Source of the DNA: Trichinella spiralis
Taxonomy: Eukaryota
Direction: 5' to 3'
Length of the DNA stretch: 64,000 nucleotides
Assembly (NCBI RefSeq): GCF_000181795.1
Contig: NW_003526943.1
Span: 8,974,849 to 9,038,848, forward strand
Numbering within the stretch: the first letter of the stretch is position 1; each line of letters begins with the position of its first letter. The position numbers and the translations under genes are program-made. Under the pieces are notes generated by a model, which was not told the origin of the DNA, made no database searches, and saw only the letters and a program-made list of their open reading frames with translations. Below are positions 25,500-39,151 of this stretch, one piece after another.

Positions 25500-26223
25500 A
25501 TTCCAAAAAATAAAATAAAAAAAGCAACAACAACGAACACCAGTGGCAGGTAATTAGTAGAACAGTAAAGTGTACACCCGATGACCTCATAAAATTCAGG
25601 TCATATGGTGATGTGCCGGCAGTGATTACCGCAATCTGGAAAATCAAGAACAAATAGTACAAATCAACTCATAACACACGAACAAAAGCTAGAATAGAAG
25701 TTGAAACAAAAAAATCCCATCACATGACACAAATTTTTGATCACATTGTCTAATTTTGAAAAATTAAAATGAAAAAATAATATTCTTTTTATTAAGATTA
25801 TTGAAAATTGAAATTTGAATACACTCGTAGATTAATCATGCTTTGATCATCATCATTCAAGTGCAATATGTAAGTAAATGGATGGTGTACGATTGCAATA
25901 CGATGATGATGATGCTCTTTTAAAACATTTTCTCTCACATCACAACAAATGCTATACAATGTTGTCAGTTTAAAATTATTATCATCATATTTCACGATAA
26001 TGTCATTCATTTATAAATGACAACGTTACGTTAACGTTAAATAATCAGGTCCTAAATAAAACTTAAACTTTCACTTAAAGTAGACGATAAATCAATGAAA
26101 ATAATGAAAAAGCAATTACCAGCTTTCAGCTCACACAATTTTGCAGAATAAAAGTATAGACAAAGCAGAAGAAAAGAATTGGAATTTCTTCTCCAAAGCA
26201 AAAAAAAAGTTGATAAAGCTGTT

Positions 26224-28753
26224 TCAAAATATATGAATAGAATCTGCTTCCCAATTCAACTGCTCAAGAATTCTATAAAAAATAATAAGTTCACATAACT
26301 GAATCAGTCAATCAATAAAATAAACAATTATTATTTTCATATTTTTAGAAATTTGTATTATATATTGATTATTTAAAAGAAAAAAAATCATATTAAAATT
26401 CACTTGGCAGCAGCTTGACAAAAACCATTTGGACCACATATGAGAGTGTAATAGTCGGTTTGGAATTTTGGCAAGTGTTCTTGCAAAATTGCATTACTAA
26501 CACGACCTCGTTGTTCCAAGTCCGATTTTTCAGGCTTACTGAGAAATCGTACAATTTTCAATCTAAATTCAAAAATTATTTGAGCAACATGCAAAGATAA
26601 AAACAACACTGCCCAATTAATTCATTGTACTCACCGTTTAGCATAGCGATCCGAAAGCAAACGAAACTCTTCTTCGAAAAAAATGTCACATTTGCGTTCG
26701 TTGAAAATTAAAATTAAAATTTCCCTAAAATATAAAACAAAAAAAATTATTGTCATATTTTAAAAATTGATTTATGATTTTTTTAATTACGATGTGGTGG
26801 TGTATTTTAAACTGTAAGGTGTCAGAGTGCAAAATGGAGTCAGTCCAGTGCCGGCAGCCAAAAAAATCAATTTCGAAGCATTGTGCAATTTCACTAGATC
26901 GAAAGCGTTGGACGGAAAATGACGACTAATTTCAACTTGATCACCCTGCATAAGATGCTTGATAGATGAAGACATCTCTCCATTGTCGTAAAGTTTGATG
27001 ATGAAGCACAACGAACAGGTGAACGATTCATTTTCAAATTCATGCATCGACTTTGGTACCGGAGTATACGGCCGTTGGACATTATTAATCTCTGCATAAT
27101 GAAAATCGATCATATTTTATTTATCAACATCAAACACAACGGATAATTTTATCAATTATATCAATATATTATTATTATTATTATTATCATTATCACAGCA
27201 AATTATTTATTCTCAACTCGCACTTACTTTCATCATTCAATCGCCAAAACATGTGACAACCAATTGTCACATTGACTGCAATCTCAAACGGAAGTAAAAG
27301 CACGAACATGAATATATCTTTTGCTAATTTGACAATTTTTTCCAATTTACAAATTTTAAATTGATATTCTACAATTCAAATCAAATCAAATAGACAAATC
27401 AAACACCACTAAATAATACTAAATAAATATACTGTCATTGTTGGAAATTTCTTTCGATATTTTAACAATCTCGCCATTTTGAATTATCGATTCCAACGTT
27501 TTAATATTAATTCGAACTTGTCCATCAGTGCATTGATTTACTGAAAATTCAGACTATTTAGAAATTTTCAAAAAATTAAATATCATAAAAACTCACTTTT
27601 ACTTTCAACTGGGCATGTTTTGCAAATTACATCTTGAAATATATAAATGAATACAAAAAAAATTTAAATATATAAGATGAGATGTAGTGAATACTTTGCT
27701 CACCCCAGTTGAACATTACATCAAGATTACACAAATGAATAATCAAATGAACACTTGTTGATGTTACACACACAATGCACATCCCGGTGAAAAGCTTTTG
27801 GCTTTCAGTGCATAACAAGAGTTCAATACTGTCTAATTTTCTACACCAACTGCATCTGAAATAAATGATCAATTATTGTTGAAAAATAAAAATAAATTTA
27901 TTTCAACTTTATATCTTTTTCCACAATTTTTCCACAGTTCAAAAACTGACTCGAAGCTAGTTGATGTTCGCCTAATAAATAAAAATAATTCAATTCTCAG
28001 TTTGAAAATATATCAATATATTTATAAAAATTTTCAGTCAACATACCTGGTGTAAAAATTTTATTTAAATATCCAACAAAACAATTTTTCAAAATGGAAT
28101 CAAAGTTTACCCATGGATGATGCTGTAAGACAAGTTAAAATTTGAATAAATCAATGAACAAAAAATATGTACGTCAAAAATAATAATAATTAGATCATTA
28201 ATTATGTCCTATGTATTATTATACAAAGGACACATATTCCAAATTGAACAATTACTTTATTAAACAAGGCAGTGCCATCTGAACCAGCAGCTTGCAACAA
28301 TATTTCAGCACCTCCTGGATGAAAATCAACATATGGCGTTACGTTGTAAACTTTACCTTAAATGGACAAGATAAAATGCAAAATAACATTCAGAAAAAAA
28401 GAACAACCTTGTATAGCTATCCACAAATCGTCCAATGTTGAATGCTTTCTCAGCATTTCCGTCGTAACGTTCAAAATTTTCCCACCGGTCTTTGCCATAT
28501 CCGAACTGTTGCGGCAGTGATTCATCCAATGAAGCATACTTCGGCCAGGCCGAACTCCGACAGCTTTTCCACTTTTGCGACTCATATCCTACAGCAGTAA
28601 GCTTTCAGTAAGAGTGCGAACAGTGCAAAAAACCATAAAATCCATATTCAAACACAATTCAAAAAAACAATACACAACACAAATACAACTGAATGAATAA
28701 AACAACAAAAGCATTTAGCTATTCACAAGTTTGGAAGTTGCGCTGCAGCCCAT
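26224..28753 (-). CDS. CYB5R4: Cytochrome b5 reductase 4 (NCB5OR: cyt-b5, CS, FAD- and NADH-binding domains)
   Basis: [30 protein letters not shown] heme domain, CS-like segment, [28 protein letters not shown] and LICGPNGF. The 27-nt first exon (28727-28753) is inferred. Confidence 0.92.
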
Positions 28754-30223
28754 TGCATGTGCATGCGACTTGTCAAAGTCGAGAAAAGGAAGAAAATGAG
28801 CCCTGCTGAAATATGTTGGAAGCACTGAAAACAATACAAATAAACATACTTTTTTCTCTTAAAATAAATTATTAACAGAATAACAAAACATTATCGAATA
28901 ATTTTGAAATGTTTTCAATTGCAATTACATCGCAGTAAAAGCAATTAAACAAAAGCATTATGAAACAAAATTGCACGCATTAAATAAAGCAAAATTCAAC
29001 ATAAAAAATGCTCAACAGTCAATCAAATTCACACAGACAAAGAAAAAACAAAAGCAACTCTACGGCATCAAAATTCGAACTAATCCATACAAATTAAAGT
29101 TGAACACTACTTATTGACAAATGGACTTCCTCGCGTTAATGAGAAATGCATGCGCAATCAATGCATCCGATGTTTACTAGAACTTAAACTGCTTAATTAA
29201 AGTTCAATTCACAATTTAGATAAAATTAAGTTGAAATAAAACAGCATGCAAAAAAATTATGATACAATTTTCATTTTATTCAAGCATTATCTCATTAAAT
29301 TCATGCCAGTTGAAGAAAATTTTCAGCTAAAGTTACGATATGAATAAGAACTTTATCAAGCGTATATTACTAATAATATAAAAAATATAAAATTTTCAAT
29401 TGCATGCAAAATAACTCAAGATAATCTCAAGATGTTTGCTGCTTACGCTTTCGCCAGCAGCAAAAAACTTGAAATAAACATACATGAACACATTTAAAAC
29501 ATGAAAAAGAGGAAATATAAAATTAATAAAGAAAAACAATCGGAAATAATTGATGTATTGAAAATATACAATAATTTAAAAGAAAAATAAAATTTCAGAA
29601 AAGCAAAATTTATTGTTGAAAAAATTAAATTTGGCATACTGTACACCACAGCAGAAAAAAATCACGTTAGAATGTGGAAATTTGGATTATAATAAAGAAT
29701 AATGAAACAGTAAAGTGTTAAACACTTTAATTCAAAATTAAAAAATTTCTGAATTATAAATTTGACAAATGAAATATTGTGTGCTATTAAAATATCTTTA
29801 ACATATTCGCATGCCACCCTTAATTAATCAATGAAAATGCACTCTTGAAATATTTTAAAACTTACTCACTTGCTATATGTTCAAAAAACAATTTATTTGT
29901 TGTTTTAATTTAATTTTTACATAGAATTAGTTATGTTAATGGAACTCTAAAATGAAATTATGTGTCAGCATTTATTTTGAGGTATTTTAAAGATCCTGAT
30001 TGATTATATAAAGTATTTTAATTTTTTTAGAAATGAATTTTATAAAAGAATTTTTTAAGATTAAACATGAGCATATTTCTTACGGTAATGATTTGGTGGC
30101 ATCCTTCATCGTTTTTTGAATTAAATCCTATTTATTAAGATTTATTTAAGAATCCAAAAGATATAAATGAAACTATTTATTACAAGTTATATTAATTTAC
30201 TGTAAGCTGTTTTGATTTGAAAA

Positions 30224-30941
30224 ATGTCTCGACAAATGTTGCAAAAATTATCTGCAAGCAATTCATTGCTGCTCATCTGTGACATGCAAGAACGATTTCG
30301 CAATACAATCGACTTTTTCCCGGAAATAGTGCAAGTGGCTCAGCGCCTTTTGGAAGGTTCCAAACTGTTGGGTGTACCTGTTGTGGCAACGGAACAATAT
30401 CCGAAAGGTTTGCATATTTTGTTTCATTCAAAATTGTTCACAGCGTTATCAAGCATCTAATTGCTATTAGGATTGGGCAAAACTGTCGCTGAATTAGATT
30501 TGGTCAAATACAACGTGCCCGTGTTTGAAAAAACATGCTTCTCAATGCTGCAATGCGACAAAGTCGCTTCTCACATCCAGTCACAATTTTCCGATCGCAA
30601 AACGGTTATATTGTGCGGTATTGAAGCTCACGTTTGCATTTATCAAACAGCGATCGATTTGCTTGAAAAAAATTTCAACGTCCATCTTGTCGTTGATGCA
30701 ACATCATCCAGAAACCGAGTTGATAGGTGCTATTGTTTTTCGTTCTTCTATTTTATGTTAATTAATTGATTTTTTTGTTGGCTTTAGATTTTTCGCTTTT
30801 AGACAATTGGAACGGCTTGGTGCTTTGTTGACTACAAATGAATGCGTGCTGCTGGGTCTTGTTCAAGATGCTGGAAAGCCACAATTTCGTGCAGTTCAGA
30901 AACTGATCATGGATTTGACACCAAATACTGGATTGTTGTAG
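30224..30941 (+). CDS. Isochorismatase domain-containing protein (ISOC1/2 family)
   Basis: Exons 30224-30407, 30471-30726 and 30788-30941: [46 protein letters not shown], ending TPNTGLL*. Confidence 0.93.
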
Positions 30942-32094
30942 ATGAAATTTTAAATATTCTTTTTTTTTTCATTAGCTTTCTCTGATGAAACTGCTTCACA
31001 GTGTTTAGCAACATGTGTAGGTAATAATTTTTTCCTGGAAACAAGGATAAAAATAGATCGGTCGCTTTGATCTTCGATCACAGTTAGTAAATATTAATGA
31101 TGCTAGTACTTGTAGTTGTGTGTTTAATAAATAGGAAAAATTGTTTACTATATTACATCATAAATGTTTATTTATTTTACATTTTGTTAATTTTCTTACA
31201 TTTTAGATTATTGAAATTTCATATTTTCAGTTTATTCGACCAAACAGATAAATATAAAATTAGTTTGCAGACAAAAAAAATTTAAGAATTAAAAAACAAT
31301 AATACGTTCATTTTTCTTGTTTGTTTTTAAATAATTTTTACATTTGTATAACAAGTGCAGGAATTTAATCTACTGCAAATGTAATGATAAATCCTGAAAT
31401 AATTTTCATTTCACAAATAAATAAGCCCATTTTGTAAGAAAGCTGATGCATGGATAATTGCAATTTTTTGAAAAAAACAATAATAGCATTGCATATTTGT
31501 GTGTGCATACGTGTAAATTTGAAATCAGCTGGATGATGCATTTCATGAAAACATCTGCATCGAAGTTTTCTTAACACAGAATGAATAATTGTAGATGTGT
31601 TTGATGCTTGCTGCAATGCAATTTTATTTTTAATAAATACGAACATTTGAACTAAATTTCATGTTTTGTCATAAGGAAGCATGGATTTTATGTACAAATT
31701 TTAAAATAAATTAATCTATTAATTTGTTTTATGATGAACAACTGCTGTTAGACCATCTTACATTATCATATTAATGAATATTATCAGAAAATTATAATTT
31801 GTTATTGTATATTATATTATATTTTGTACCCTATTTTTAAACTTATATAAAAAATTTAGTATAAATTTAATAAAAAAAATATGGCAAATGAAGAATGCTT
31901 CAAATTTTATAAACTAAAATAATACAATTTAATACTTAAATATCAATTACTTGTTACAGACTGCTATGATGTTAATGAAATTAGCATTTGAACGTTTTGA
32001 TGATATAGCTTGTCATTTTTTTATATTTTTTAATTGTTTATTTACTATTTCTGAAGAAATACTGTTTTTTATTTTAAATTAATTATTCTGCTTC

Positions 32095-35055
32095 ATGCCT
32101 GCTCACTGTCCTGGTAAATGTCCTAAAAGGTGGGCTTTCTTGTAGTCGTTTTGATTGAATTATTTTGCAGGTGCAATTAAATCAAAAAGAAAAGTCAATG
32201 TTGCGAAAATTGCAGTGTCCAACGCACCATTCTCGGTTCCCAAACCCCCTGCAAACTTAGAGGACCATTTTTCGGTCAAAATCAATGACACTTTGTATGA
32301 AATTCGAGCTGAAGATCTTATTCGCATTAAAGAACTCGGTCGTGGAAGCTATGGAATTGTGGAAACGATGCTGCACTCTGCTTCAAATACAGTTTTTGCT
32401 GTGAAAGTATTTTACAATTTCTTGTTTATTTGCTTATTGTTTACTGAGCTTTTTAGTCAGTGGCAACACGTTTATCTTTGATAAACAAATTGACGTCTAG
32501 ATACAGTTGAATACTCAGTGATAATTTTCTCTAACATAAATAAGCACGCTTTGCTGGTTTTTGCTTTTGAATTAGGTTAAATTAGTTTTCAAATATGTTT
32601 ACTTGCAGTCAGTTTTAACGGAGAGGGGACATTTATTTGATATTTTACTTCGAAAGTTTTATTCACAGATTTGTTTAATAATTGTTATGAAATAATCTTT
32701 TCACAGTTTTTATAGCTTTTAATAAACAAATGTATTGTTACGTTTTTGTTTTATTTATCTTTATTTGGTTTGATTTTTGTCAAATTAAAGATGTAGCTGA
32801 GAAAGTTGGTTATAATTGAATTCTTAAGAACCCGATGATATTGATTTTTCAAAGCTTGCATATTATTGATTCAAATTACTTTGAAAGGACTCTACTTATT
32901 CATGTTTAAATTTCAGTATATTGATAATTGAATTTAAATATTCTTTTGAATTTTGTAAACGCAAATAATATTTCTGAATACCTGGAAACTATCCTTTTCT
33001 GGTAAATAAATGTAATTTTATGTAAATGTTGAACTTTAAAATGCAGTCGGCCCTCAACATTCGCAGATTTGATTATTTTCGGATTTCAAAACCAGCAAAA
33101 AGATAAATCCTATTTTTAGACCCTAGTGTGTATGTATGCTGTGGATCTGCACGTTCAATGGAGGGTTGTTTTCGCTTATGAGGTTCCACACCATAGCAGT
33201 AGTGATAACGACGTAACCAAACTGAGAGGCTAAATTACCGCTACTAATGCTAAGATGACAAAGATAAAAACATTAGGTTGAAGGGAAAGGAGGCGCTACG
33301 AACGGGAAGTTGGTTTACGTCAGCACTGGTTCCGTGATTCCAGATGCTTGCTCCAGACTGGTCAACTAGTCCAGACATGTCTTGAAGTGCAGAATGTCCG
33401 CTTTCATGCTAGCAACATGCAGCGTGAAAATAATATAAAATTTGAGTAAACACGTAATTTATATATATATATATATACTATTAAAAATATATATATAATA
33501 ATATATATATATATACTATTAAAAAAGATGAGCCGGAGGGTCTATGCACTTCTGGCAATGATTTTGACTGTTATACACTTAATAAAACGAATAAAAAATA
33601 AATACAGGATAAATATTTAACATGCACATCAGTAGATGGTCCATGATATTATTCCTTGCAGATTTCAGGCAACTGCGTATAATTATAAGGCATCAGCGGC
33701 GGGATGTATGAATAGAAGTGACAACTATTTGCGGAATTCGTCATTTGCGGTTCATACCGCGAATGTTGAGGGTCGACTGGATAACCAACGTATTGTCGTT
33801 TCAAGCTTTTAAAATAATTTTTATCAACCAGTAGTTTATTATAAAGTAGTTTGTGATTTTTACTTTTAGAGAATTCATTTAACAGTAAATGATGAAGAGC
33901 AAAAACGAATGTTAATCGAATTAAATACAAGCATGAAAAGTGGCAGTTGTCCACATATGGTGCAGTTTTATGGAGCAATGTTTCGTGAAGGCGACGTTTG
34001 GTTGTGCATGGAAGCAATGGATTTGTCGTTGGATAAGTTTTATCGCATGTGTGTAGACCAGAAACGCATAATACCAGATTTTGTTTTATGCAAAATTGCG
34101 CGTTCAGTATTGAAAATTTTTATTTTCTGACAAATAAATAAATATGCATCTATATGTATACGTTTCTTTCAGATTGTGGAAGCGTTGCATTACATGAAGC
34201 AGGAGTTAAATTTGATGCACCGGGATGTAAAACCTAGCAATGTTCTTTTAAATCGAAAAGGAGAAATTAAAATTTGCGACTTTGGCATCAGTGGCCATCT
34301 AACTGACTCATTGGCCAAGACGATAAATGCTGGTTGCAAACCATACATGGCGGTAATTTTGTTTTATTTTCAATTCTGCTATTATTAATACTGTTATTAT
34401 TAAATTACAAATTTTTTTTTCTTGCAACGTTAATAATTTCTTTTTTTTTCAAGTAAATCTTGATGGATAATTTTGAAAATTAATACCATATTTAATTTGT
34501 TTTTAACATATTTTAAAATAATTTATTCGATTTTGGTATGATGATTAGAATAAAATATTGTGTGTTGTAGCCAGAAAGAATTAATCCGCACGATGAAGCC
34601 CAGCACGCTTATGACATCCGATCGGATGTTTGGAGTCTTGGTATAACAATGATAGAAGTGGCCACGGGTAATCATCCTTACTCAAAGTGGAAAACTCCAT
34701 TTGAACAATTGAAGCAAGTTGTCATGGATTCTCCGCCAAAACTGCCTAACAGGAATTTTTCCGAAGAATTTGAAAGTTTTGTAGAATTATGGTAAGTATT
34801 ATTTTTGTTCTTCTTTTTTTTAATTATTTTTGTGTAAAATATTTTGAAAATACCATTTCTGATGTTAGTTTGAAGAAAAATTTCAAAGAACGTCCGAAAT
34901 ACAAAGATCTGCTTGAGCATCCATTTCTAAAAAGATTTGAAAACTGTGAAAATGATGTTGCAGCTTTTATCAATGAAGTTTTGAATGATGCTAACTGCGG
35001 TGCAGTCAGCGAAATTGCTTCAACTTTGCACAAGCTATCCGTTTCAGAATCGTAA
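32095..35055 (+). CDS. sek-1: MAP kinase kinase, MKK3/6 (p38 pathway) type
   Basis: Basic docking segment [69 protein letters not shown] (SxAKT activation loop). Exons ~32095-32113, 32171-32406, 33870-34106, 34173-34352, 34571-34791, 34870-35055. Confidence 0.93.
33044..33779. mobile_element. Non-autonomous DNA transposon (MITE-like, Tigger/pogo-type TIRs) in a sek-1 intron
   Basis: 21-bp TIRs with one mismatch: CAGTCGGCCCTCAACATTCGC (33044-33064) and GCGAATGTTGAGGGTCGACTG (33759-33779). Subterminal ATTTGCGG repeats; interior more GC-rich than the flanking intron; no transposase ORF. Confidence 0.8.
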
Positions 35056-35881
35056 TAACGAGCTTTTTATTATCCTTAATTTTTCTGCTAAATTGCACTT
35101 TTCCTCTTTTGTTTTACATATTTTGTTTGCATTACAATACAATGCAATGTTTGCGCATTCTATTCTAAATGAAAGAAATTATTTTTGGTTTAATTAATTA
35201 ATGTTTATTCATTTGGTTCAATTTTATTGTTCACTTATTGCAGTAATTGTTCAAACTGCGTAATGTGATTTCCTTAATACGATTATGAGCTGTAAGGCTT
35301 TTATATCTGTTGTGCATATTCAAACAGTTCAACCTTGGAAAATATATTTTTCTAAATGAATTAATTGTGTATAGTTGTACATTATCAATGCTGTTAATTG
35401 AACGTTGCATCATCCGGTGTTTCATGCATTCTGTTGAGGTTATATTTTATCATTAGCTGATATTTAAGAATATTTGAAAAAGATTATTTATTAAATGACG
35501 TAAAAATGTTTGCACGTGTTTTTCAGTACACAGATGAGATGGAGATGGAAATCTGCCTTGCAGTTTTATTAGTTTAAATGATTGATTGCATTGCAGATGA
35601 TGTTGTTGTCTCGGTCAGAATTTTTTAAAAATCACATTGTTGAAATTGAGTATTTCACAAATTACTAGTTTATAGAAAGCGGTTTCAGAATTCCTATTCG
35701 TGAAATTCACTATATTGGCAGTATATATAATCAACTGTTTCAGCACTCTAATGAGCAGCGATGAGTATGCAATTAAAATCGTTAGTAATGCAGAAAAGTT
35801 ATTTAAACAATAGCCAAAGCTCGCACAACCCTGTAAATTGTATTCAGTTTTCTTATTTCCCTTTTTGTTCAAAGCTTGAAC

Positions 35882-38856
35882 TCAGAGTTCCTTCTTTCTT
35901 CGGTGTTTGGCAGTTGGCTGTTCTTTTGGTTCACTTTCGTCATCTAAAATTTCACATTATTTGACAATGATATGCATTTAAAATAATTATAACATTTTTT
36001 ACATTTTACAATAAATTTAGTAAAGAGAGAAAATGAATTTATTTTTTCAACTTTCTACATTTACCTCCCAAACGAATTTCGTCGTTCATTATTTGATCTA
36101 TCCAAACTTGCAGCACTTCCAAGTTTTGGGCTTCATATTGGACAGGATCTTGAAGATTCAATTGACTCATATCGAACCAAACGCCTTCACGCTTTATAAA
36201 GGAAACAGTTATCAAAATATGCATAAAAATTTGTTTTACAATGCAACACAGTCATACGTCTGAGATGTCCACAAGGCCAAGCTGCGGATCGTTTTCAATT
36301 TCAATACCAAAGATGGACTCCCATTCGTCGATCATAAGTGGAAACTCATCCGGATCAATCAGTACAATTTCCAACGACCCTGCATAGTGGGAATTAGCAG
36401 TGTTTAATTTTTTCAATAGTTCAAAAACCGCTTCTCCGGCTTCTTCTTCTTCATCACAAAAAGCGACGATCATCCTTTCACTCGGTTCAGGATCTTTCTG
36501 TATTTTGGAAAAAGTGAATAATTTTCAAATTTTGAAATACTTTTTTTCCACTTACCCAAACGTTGAAAAAGTTTTTCGTCGTGAGCTTTTGCATGACTGG
36601 CTCTTTGTTAGCGCGTATCCAATCCTCAAGTTCTCTTTCTGTATCAGCCTTAAAAAAGTTTACAGGTTTTTGTAATGATAATAATGAAACATGTTTTATC
36701 ATTGCATAAATGTAAATTTTCTTTTTTGATTAATTAATATGGTAAAGTTTGATTTGGAGACAAAAAATTATAAATATTAATAATTAGGTGTGAAAGGGCA
36801 ATTTTGTTCTTACATCTCTAGGAGCAACAACTGGAACATTGTCGAATGGTCTGTAGAGACGAATTTCGTTCGGTTTTGTTATTCCCAGTCGTCTAGCCCA
36901 CTGAAAAAAATCACGTTTTTGTTTTCAAATAAATTTACATATAATAAGTTTTCATTACATATGTGTCTACTACTGCAAAGCATCGCACTTCGTTCATGAA
37001 ATCCTCGGCCGCTTCTTCAAATTCTTTTAAATCTGAACAATGTTTCGACAAATATTTGAAATGTTTTTTCAAAAGGGAAATCAATTACCGCGTCCTCCTG
37101 GATTGAAATAGCCAATTACACGAACATCCGTATCTTTGGCGGCATGGAATTCGATCTCTTCATGTTTGGAATTGATCACCACCACAGGATCATCGGGCAT
37201 CTGGTTGAAAGATCTTAAGCCGGGCTTGAGCCGAATTGAAATCTGGTCCAAAAATGGACACTCACCTCAAAAACCCACGACACAAACGTATGCGGATCGA
37301 AAATTCCAAAGTATTCAATTTTGTTGCCATCTTTGTAAACGTGAATTGTATCTTCGCCTTTTTCAACTCCTATATTAATTCTTGATCATGTAGACTAATA
37401 AGAACAGTGTAATCTTTCATATTTTTTAAATGCTCAACAATTTGTTAATTGTTGTTTATCAGAGAATGCAATTCAAAAAATTATCATTATAATTTAGCTG
37501 GTATTTAAAGAATTTGCAAAAAAAGCAACGATCATCATCATTGTCATCAGCATTAAGCTATGCCAGTTGCTGTTTTGATGACGCAAAGTGTGAACATCAT
37601 TTAAAACATCATCTTCTGATTGCAAAATTCGACTGATTGTAAAAGTTGAGAAAAGAATGAATAAAATGAGCAAGGCAAAATTACACCATTGAAAATTATA
37701 ATAAAAAGTAAACAGGCGAGAATTGCGGTTGCGCGTTTCACAATGCAAATGAGTCAACAACACTATTAAGCAGCAAGAATCTGCTTGAGAAAGTGAAGAG
37801 GTTGTTTTTCAAGCTTTTCCAAGGATTGTTGAAAGAAAGGAAATTTTATTTTTAAATTTACTAATGCAAATGTCTTTTTTTCAAAGAAGAAGCTATTAAT
37901 GAAAATGCAAAGCAACACGATGTAATAATGAATGATGGAGTGTGAAATTGAAAGTGAAAAGAAAAACTTTAACAATATTTTAAAACTTGGACGAAAAAGC
38001 ATTTGCAATAAAAACCTCGCATAGTTGCAGCTTTGAGCAAGTATTTCGAGTTAAAGTGGACGTCAAACGCAAAATAGCCAGCAAACAAGTGTGAAAGAGA
38101 CGCGACTATATACGAATTATATGACAGCAATCAGAGCAGAATCAAACAATGCAAAACAACTTCATAATGTTATTAATATTTCTAGAAACAACAGTGGAAG
38201 AGAAATAAATTTTTTTAAAAATAAATATCATCCCAAACAAAACAATTTTAGCAGTTGCAATTATAAATGGATTTCACGTGAACTGAAATAATTTAAGGTT
38301 AAATGATATGGTAAGCAACTGTTGTTTTCAGTTTGGAAACATGCAAAGCGGGCTTTGTTCTGAAATCTTACCTTCTTGCTTGCGAAGTCGGCTTTCTTTA
38401 GTCGTGTTTACAGTGTAAATTGCAAAACCACGCCTCTCTAACACTTGAGCGCTGATCTAGAAAATATTTAAATAAATTTAAATTTTGAAATACACAATTT
38501 CAGTTTCAATGGAATAAAAATGTCCAACAAACTTGCAAAAAGCATTCATATTGAAGCAGTTCGTCGTCGTCGGCTTCAACATCAGAAAAAAATACAATCG
38601 GTATGGTGTTCTTGGTGCTGTGGACAGTTTTGTTGAAGTTGCGTTCATTCAGTTCAGACGTACGATCGACGCCGTCATATTTCAGACCAGGGAAACCAAA
38701 AATTATGCAAGAGCCGTCTGCTAGAGAAGACGACGAACCGGCACCGGTGACAATTTCATTTTTGATTATTAAAAAGATGAATATGAAAAATCGGAGAAGA
38801 TCATTAAAAATTGGTCCTCGCCTATGTCCAGCAACATCCTGCATCGTGGTCGTCAT
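35882..38856 (-). CDS. csq-1: Calsequestrin
   Basis: FPGLKYDGVDRTSELNERNF, thioredoxin-like repeats, IVAFCDEEEEAG, IDPDEFPLMIDEWESIFGIEIENDPQLGLVDISD and WIDQIM. The last exon (35882-35943) ends ...KHRRKKEL*. Confidence 0.92.
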
Positions 38857-39114
38857 TTCAGGAATGAATGAGGCGAAACTGACGTGGGTCCGTTTAAAAC
38901 CAGTAAGAAGCAAAGCTGCATCAATAGGAACAAACACATCAGCTGAGACGTACTGCAGTGTGTTGAAATTGATTTGAAGCAAATAAGCAAACCGCCTTAT
39001 GACACACGCGCACACCAAGAAGCACACACATATACACACAAACACGCGGACTCTCGGAAATCTCTTTGCTGGAAAACATTTGCTAACTCTTTCAACTTTT
39101 TACTCTCTAAGCTT

Positions 39115-39151
39115 CCCCTCCCCCCCCCCTCTCTCTCTCTCTCTCTTTCTC
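39115..39151. repeat. poly-C plus (CT)n tract upstream of calsequestrin
   Basis: cccctccccccccccctctctctctctctctttctct. Confidence 0.85.

Noticed and set aside
37202..37265. Short calsequestrin intron with internal palindromes (mirtron candidate)
   Set aside because: The intron ends do not pair with each other; only small local stems.
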